A DNA stretch of 59,820 nt, counting the filler, from Basidioascus undulatus (taxonomy: Eukaryota), in NCBI GenBank assembly GCA_000826855.1. It is 5 parts of 5 records of this genome, joined end to end, with 100 filler letters (N's around TTAATTAATTAA, not from the genome) between each part and the next. Parts side by side here need not be neighbours in the genome. Positions count along the whole stretch, not along the records: positions 52,060 to 59,820 come from JTLS01001496.1; 4 more parts are not named here. One strand, written 5' to 3'. The notes beneath the pieces were generated by a model, which searched no databases, was not told the DNA's origin, and saw only the letters and a list, made by a program, of their open reading frames with translations. The position numbers and the translations under genes are program-made. Of this stretch, positions 53,481 to 59,820 are shown one piece after another; within the stretch, counting starts at the first letter, position 1; each line of letters opens with the position of its first letter.

Positions 53481-54603
53481 GCTCAGAGGGGCGGGAGGTG
53501 GGAAGATCAACAAACTGGGTCCGGCTGCTACGCCTCCTCAATCGGGTTTCAACGTATCATCCGACAAACTTCGCTGGGACCGTGACGTACCTGCACAGGA
53601 ACCGTCCCGTTGCTCTGCTGCCTGCGAGCAATCGTCTCCTGCCGGCGGACCTCGCGCGCAATGCATCGGGAAAGCGCTGTAATGATTTGAGAAAGTTATG
53701 TATTGAGGCGTCCAGCTTGTCTAACCGTTGTTCTGCGTTCGGAACGATGCGACCCGCGCCCGGCGGCGGATGCGGCCTTTCGACGTAGCGCAAGCCTGGA
53801 AGCGCGCATCGCTCTCTGGAGGCTCCCCCAGACCTAACAGTCCCCTCAACCAGGTTTAGATGTAAAGAAGCGGGCTGAAAAATGACAGCATGACAGTCGG
53901 TGGGCTGAGAGAACAATAGCAAGCAGAACGAAGGAGGAACGTGCGTATTCGCCTCCTCAGAGCTGGCGGATAAAGGAGCGTCTCCGAAAGAGTCGCTGTA
54001 CTGTCCTAACCATGTGATGTAGTTACACGTGTCGGTACCTTCAGTTGATAGAGTCCGAGAGACGATCTACTAGAAATCCTGGCCAGCTTGCTGGTCCCGC
54101 CCGCCGAATACAGCGCAAGCATGAACGAGTGTCGAAGGTAGGCAGGGCCCGGAGGCTTGGGATTCCGAATCATGGATAAAGCTCTGGCGCACCCATGAAC
54201 AGTTCCCAGCTGTTTTCCCAAGTCCACGCTCGCGCAATCCAGGCGCTCGGGGACTGCAGCGACTCGGGGGACGGATGGTTAGCTGAACGTCAACTTGGTC
54301 AAGCAAGTCGATAAAAGGGGCTCGCCAGTGTCTGCGCAGAACGAACTGAGTAGGAATGCCGCTGGCGCTTGTAGACGTAGGTCGGCTTGGGGCCGGGTAT
54401 AAGGCGCTGATACAGCAAGCATGAAGCCGCGAATGCGACGCCGATTCGTGGAGGCACCCCCCAACCATGGAAGAATGGTCCACCACCCTTACGAACGTTG
54501 TACGCGTAACTACTACTCTTTCACCCGGAGTCATGATTTGGTAACTACGACCTTCAGCAAAGGCGAAACCTCCTAGTTCATGTCACAGAAACCAGTGCCT
54601 GTA

Positions 54604-54680
54604 GCTTGGCTGGGGTAGTGGTAACCTGGGTCGTTGCCATCTAATCTCGACCCGCCCCGTGTTCATTCACGGATCAAGCA
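54604..54680 (+). tRNA. tRNA-Gly(GCC), degenerate copy (probable pseudogene) with a 7-nt intron
   Basis: Near-identical to 57171-57248, but the T-loop is TTCATT (G lost) and the acceptor 3' strand is ATCAAGC (C:A mismatch). Intron TCTAATC. Confidence 0.7.
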
Positions 54681-54699
54681 GCTTTTGGTTCGCTGAAGA

Positions 54700-55927
54700 A
54701 ATATTCTCAGGGCAGGGATGAGCGGAGGTTCGTTCTTGTTTAATCTTGTGGAAGGTAGGCAAACCAGGCTGTTGCAGTGCCGCCACACGCTTGCTTGCCA
54801 AGAGTTCCAGGTGCTACGGGCGCCTCGGCTGTCAATTGTTGAGTTCGAATTTACTAATCTGTAGTTGAGGATGGTAAAAAGATCAGGCTCCAGGTAGCGA
54901 AGGGGCAGGTCACAGTCAGGATGCAGTTCCACAGCTCGACAGTTTACGAAATCTTCTTACGGGATTCAGTAGAGCGTCCTGCGTGGTTTGGAGCAATAAC
55001 TTTTGGTGGCTCGTTGAAACCCCTTGTTGTCAAATCTATACGTTCTGGCTCTCGCTGAATCGCATGTTGCCGATCCTCTATAAACGTGATGCAGCTTGCG
55101 ACACGGGACGCAAGCCAGCTCCAGCGCGCTTGCAATTAACTACTCAAACAACGTGCATCTGACAGGTATTCCAGAGGCCTCTCATTTCATACGCATTAGT
55201 CTTACCACAGTTCACCAGCAGGGAACCGCCGAGATCACCACAGCGTTGAGCCTGGGCAGCATCTCAAACGTGCGTAGTTCATGCCACCAATTTTTTTAAA
55301 CATTCTATCCGCCAATTCAAGAAATATAGTCAAGAAAGTCAAAAGATCTCACCGGTTCAGGTTCAGTATGCCTGCAAGTTCGTGTGGGTACAAGGCTCAA
55401 GAGTGCGGCGGAAACGACCACCACTTGCAGCGGACACAATTTGGGGACTCAGCATTAGGTATTCCCAATGCTTGCCTACACAGTAAGGATGTATATTACC
55501 TGGCTACTGCAGAGAGCACCAGCGAGCTTGACCGATGCTGGAGAGCGCAGCGCCAAGCTTGAACCCAGCACGCCTGCAGAACATCGAGAGCAGGAGGTGC
55601 ATTGTTAACTCAGAATCAAACAAATACAGACATATCGCTTCCATTGTAAACCAATTCTACCCCTCTTTGCAGGAGCGGGCCAGCCAACCGCACGATCCCA
55701 TCTAGAAATATGATGATTTCCCTTCACGAGTAATGAACTCGATGCGCCGTATGCACTGCAAATGAGATTGAAGCTATCCACAATATCAGACCGTGGATGA
55801 GGAGGATGGCGGGGCCAGAGTTTTCAAGACCGGCGGTCACATAATGAATACGTGCCCCAGTTGAGACCGTGGCGTAGGCGTGTTTCCAGTCGGAGGGCTC
55901 GAGGAAGGGGGCAGACGGAGCGGCCAT
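54700..55927 (-). pseudogene. Soluble epoxide-hydrolase-like alpha/beta hydrolase relic
   Basis: Clean first exon MAAPSAPFLEPSDWKHAYATVSTGARIHYVTAGLENSGPAILLIHG. Downstream only weak fragments remain (LALRSPASVKLAGALC, TRGFNEP), with stops. The 3' boundary is approximate. Confidence 0.5.
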
Positions 55928-57170
55928 TGTCGCGGCAGTTTACGAGATCAGCAGGAGTTGAGAGGTGGAAGTTGAAGACAAAGGAGACGCGTTGCCGTCT
56001 GATCTTATCTACTTCGGACAGGATTATTGTCGTTGAGGTCACCGGCGATGGAGTGGATGAAAGCGAGAAGCTGGCAGAAGTGGTATTCTTGCATAGCCGA
56101 CGACTGAGGTGGAGGAAGCGGCGGTCAAGAGGATAGATAATGTCGCCGTGTGATCGCTGTCCCGTAGCTATCCCCTCCACGATAGCACGCTGGTGTGCTC
56201 TAAAGTACTTCGATAGCATAAGATTGTATACCGGATGGCTTTTTGCCGACAGAGCGGAGCGGTGTAGCACTTGGCGATCTTGCGCTGCAAGCTTGCTAAC
56301 CCGGTCGTTGGCCGCCGCGCAGAGCTTACCCGAGCGTGTGCTCGGCGAAGTCGGTTAATCCAGTCAATACTTTTGCCGTCTCGGCTGATGTGCGCCGTTG
56401 CCCTCGAAATAGATTTTTGCGGTCTGTATGTACAGCCGAAGGTCTGTTGGGATCTGCTGTCAGTAATTCCAAGGCTCGTACAGGGTTTTCAGCCGTTGCC
56501 CAAAAGCTTTCACCGCAAGAAGTGCCCGGAATGCGATGCCACCCTTAGTAGTCCATCTTGTCTTACTTCAAACGCATACGCTCCCTATGACAAGGCTCCT
56601 TCAGAAAGAGCGTCATGCATAGACGCTACCGTTGTCCCTTTGCTGAGCGAGTCAACAACAACCTCAATAACAACGAGCCGGAACCCGGGTAAAACCATGA
56701 GGATTCCGAACGAGCATCCAACACTACTTTATATCCGTCGACACAAAAATATGTACTAACTTGTTTGCAAGTTCACCGCACATTCTAAGATGCTTTCGAG
56801 GACTTGAAGCGTGTCAAATGGACGACGGCTGCTCGACGGCACTAGTTTGCGAAAGCACGCAGCGGGTGAGACGAGGGATAGGGGCTTGCTGTCTATGAAG
56901 TGGAATCGGCCTTGGGAGTGCTCCGATGTTCATATGTTCTGGAGCGAAAAAGCTTCTTCCGACGGCATCGCAGACCTTGCCAAGCTGGGATGGGGATTGT
57001 CAATTCAAGTCCCAAGTCGGTGGATGCGTCTGGGACAGTTGTAGTTCACCGTTTTCCGCTGGTATCTGCCTTTTTGACATAAGAGTTGATGGTCGGGGAG
57101 CAAAAACTACGAAGGATTGAGTTACTTCTTTCGACCGCGTGTTGGAATACTGCTAAGGCACGTTCCACAA

Positions 57171-57248
57171 GCTTGGCTGGGGTAGTGGTAACCTGGGTCG
57201 TTGCCATCCGATTTCGACCCGCCCCGTGTTCGATTCACGGGTCAAGCA
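57171..57248 (+). tRNA. tRNA-Gly(GCC) with a 7-nt intron at the canonical 37/38 position
   Basis: GCTTGGC TG GGGTAGTGGTAACCT G GGTCG TT-GCC-A [TCCGATT] T CGACC CGCC CCGTG TTCGATT CACGG GTCAAGC A, followed by TCTTTTT (Pol III terminator). Spliced length is 71 nt. Confidence 0.9.
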
Positions 57249-57644
57249 TCTTTTTGACCTTCCACCCTCTCGCTCTTTTTGCCCAATCGCCCTACCAGTC
57301 TCAGCCGGTGACGCTGAGAAATACTTATACTTAGCAAATTCGTCGTCAATTCGTCGTCAATTCGTCGTCATCTCAGTACCGCATCGGAAATTCCAAGTCA
57401 AGAGTACATTCATCTCAGAACGGTCCAGCAGCCAAATCAAGCGAGCGACGAAAGATTGATCAAATAACTATTGTGTGTTTGTTTTTGCGCAGTGTGTGTT
57501 TCCAAGGGGTAATGCAGAGTGCGATATCAGGGGAATATATTGTGAAAGTGGATACAGATTCGATGTTTGGGGTATATCTTGAAGGAGACCAGGAAAAAGG
57601 GTGGAAATCGGAGATGTTGGATTGCGTGGCCGTTGTGCGGGAGC

Positions 57645-59820
57645 TCAGTGCCCCTCGGCCTTCTCGAGCTCGCCGAGGAACTCAATCCACCGCTTGCGGT
57701 AGATGACGCCGTGGACTGCGCGCGAGGAGTCAGGAGAAAGACGGGGTCGCGTGAGTGATGGAGAGCAGCTAGACATACAAGACCCGACCTGGTCGACGAC
57801 AAACACCTGGCGCGCGCCGAGCTTGACAAACGTGTCCTGGACAAGCTCGAGCGGGCTGGCAGGCTGGACGATCAGGGGCGCTTGGTCGACTGCGCGCGCA
57901 CACCAGCCCTACAATCAGCATTGGTCTTCCCACCTTCCCTTCCGCCTTACACTGCACGAATGAAGGCGAGTACACGCACCGTACGGCGTAAAGTCGTAAG
58001 GGTCCGCGGGGGCGGGTGCGGCCTCGGCGTGGTGCGGCGTGTGGACGCTCGGCGGGCGGCTGCCCGAGGGCGTGTACAGGCTCGCGCGCGTGCTCTGCCC
58101 CGCCGTGGGCCGGAAGCGGACGTTGGCGGACGAGTTGTGCGCGACGGCGTGGAGGGCGTGCTCGATCTCGTTGGCGGCCTGCCATCGCATCAAAGCTCAG
58201 GAATATCGCGGGGTAGATGGAGAAGAAGGAGGAGGAGGAAGAGGAGAAAAAGCGACGCACGATGTACCCGATCAACCGCGGCGTGCCGTCCTCCTTCGTG
58301 ATGAGTGGGAAGCCGCCGTCGGCGGCGCCCATGCGGACGAGCGCGTCGAGCTTGGTCAGGAGCGAGTCGACCGTGTGCTCCTTGTCGACGCGGATGACGG
58401 AGATCTTGGAGTTGGCCTGCCCGTCCACCCACTTCAATCAGAACCATGCTCTTTGTGGAGATGCTGATAGGAGAAGGGACGCAACGACATCGAGCACGCA
58501 GGCCGAACCGAACTTGAAGTCGTGTTTGGCGTCCAGGAAGGGAAGCTGGTTCATCCTATTCCATCCTCATATCGTCAGCCGGCGAGCCGCGGAGTCAAAG
58601 GTCTGCATCACGCACTCAATCACCAGGTCATAGATGCTCTTGTGCTCCAGCGCGTCCGCGACCGTCTTAGCGACTAAGATCGACAGCATCGTGGGCTGTT
58701 TCCCACCCACCATCTCGTCTCACGTCAGCCCACAGTGTATTTTCCGAATACGCTAAGAGGATCGACATACCACAACGTAGCCCAGCGTGCCCGTCAGCTC
58801 GCTCACGATGACCGCAAGCGAGACGGTCATGCGCGTGACGCCCGAGAGCGTGCTCGCGGCGCCGACCATGGCGTAGATGGCGGGGAGCATGCAGCCGTCG
58901 CCCTTGCCCCTGCACGAGGCGAAGAGGAAGTGGTCCGGGTTCTGACGAGACCAGTGCTCCACCATCATCCCCACGATGCGCCCGAAGCATGCGCCGACGC
59001 CGAGGGTCGGGACGAAGACTGGCCCAGCACAAAAAGCGGTATCAGCAACGGCCGCGCCGAGAATTCCGAAGGCAGCACGCACTGCCAGCAGGGAGCTTGA
59101 TGCCGAACCTGTATCACCGCCCGTGTCAGGACGCCTGCATCACCCAACGTAAGTGCAGCTACGCACGTAATGATAGTCAGCGCGCCTTTGATCAGCATCG
59201 CCCACGCAACCATGCGGATGACCGGCCAGGGATCGTGCCCACGGGGGACGCACAGCCCCTCGAGGCTGTCCGTGCCGTTGCACTGAGTGAGCAGCGTCGA
59301 GACCATCTCCGTCCCGCCCATGCGCGCGAAGGGGTTGAGGAACGAGAGCGTGACGGTGAGGAAGGTGACCTGTGAGCCGGGGTGGGGTAAGCTGGTGGTG
59401 CAAAACGAGTAGAAAGGACGAGAGGGACGAACAAGCAAGACCTCCACAACAGGATGCTCCTTCATCCTCGTCCCCATGCGGACGTTCTTGCCCCACCAGA
59501 TGTTCAACTTGGAGAAGTACGCGCCGTAGACGCCCTGTCCCGTCCCGTGCCGTACCATCATCAGTCCGTGCTTCCTCCGCTCCCCAGTCTTCTTTGGCAG
59601 CACTCACACCGACTACCGCAATGAGGAGGAAGAACGCTGTCCCGCCCGCGCAATCTTATCAGTCTCCATTCCCCTCGGTCGAGCGTTGCGTGGTGAACAA
59701 CGTACGGAGTTCAAAGAACTGCCAGTCCTGCGTGTAGGTAACCTCAAACAGAACCGTCTTGCCCGTCCTGCCCATCCCCCCCATCCACACACCCCGTCCG
59801 CCCCCATTCCCGCCCTTCCC
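57645..59820 (-). CDS. CLC chloride channel/antiporter (Gef1/ClC-3-like), 5' part outside the window
   Basis: GVYGAYFSKLNIWW, FVPTLGVGACFGRIVG, YAMVGAASTLSGVTRMTVSLAVIVSELTG, KTVADALEHKSIYDLVIE and two CBS domains (GGFPLIT, FVKLGARQVFVV). Ends WIEFLGELEKAEGH*. Confidence 0.95.

Overview
Eukaryotic, GC-rich, very intron-dense fungal genomic DNA, most likely a basidiomycete (inferred from 50-90 nt GT-AG introns with CTGAC/CTAAC branch points and from the gene content). The window is not one locus. Four identical artificial 100-nt linkers (44 N + TTAATTAATTAA + 44 N) join five pieces of 28318, 7791, 7788, 7762 and 7761 bp. Genes I could splice together by hand: cytosolic Hsp70 (SSA type, 14 introns, HSE-like promoter), a ketopantoate-reductase-family enzyme, a Zn-dependent sorbitol/xylitol dehydrogenase, a cytochrome P450, an alpha/beta-hydrolase-fold protein with Ala at the nucleophile position, a NUDT15-like Nudix hydrolase, Pus4/TruB, a C2H2 transcription factor, PheRS beta (truncated), a JMJD4-like JmjC oxygenase, an SDR with a mitochondrial-type presequence, and a CLC channel (truncated). 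RNA genes: tRNA-Gln(CTG) and two tRNA-Gly(GCC) copies with 7-nt introns, one copy apparently damaged. Between these lie many decayed gene relics (F-box, Smr, epoxide hydrolase, possible RING-CH ligase, an Asp/Ser pentapeptide-repeat protein) and many short tandem duplications. I found no CRISPR array, no recognisable transposase or retroelement, and no clearly novel system. The best candidates for novelty are the Ser-less hydrolase divergent from the P450, the 7-nt tRNA introns and the 13x15-bp pentapeptide array. All family assignments rest on motif recognition; no searches were run.
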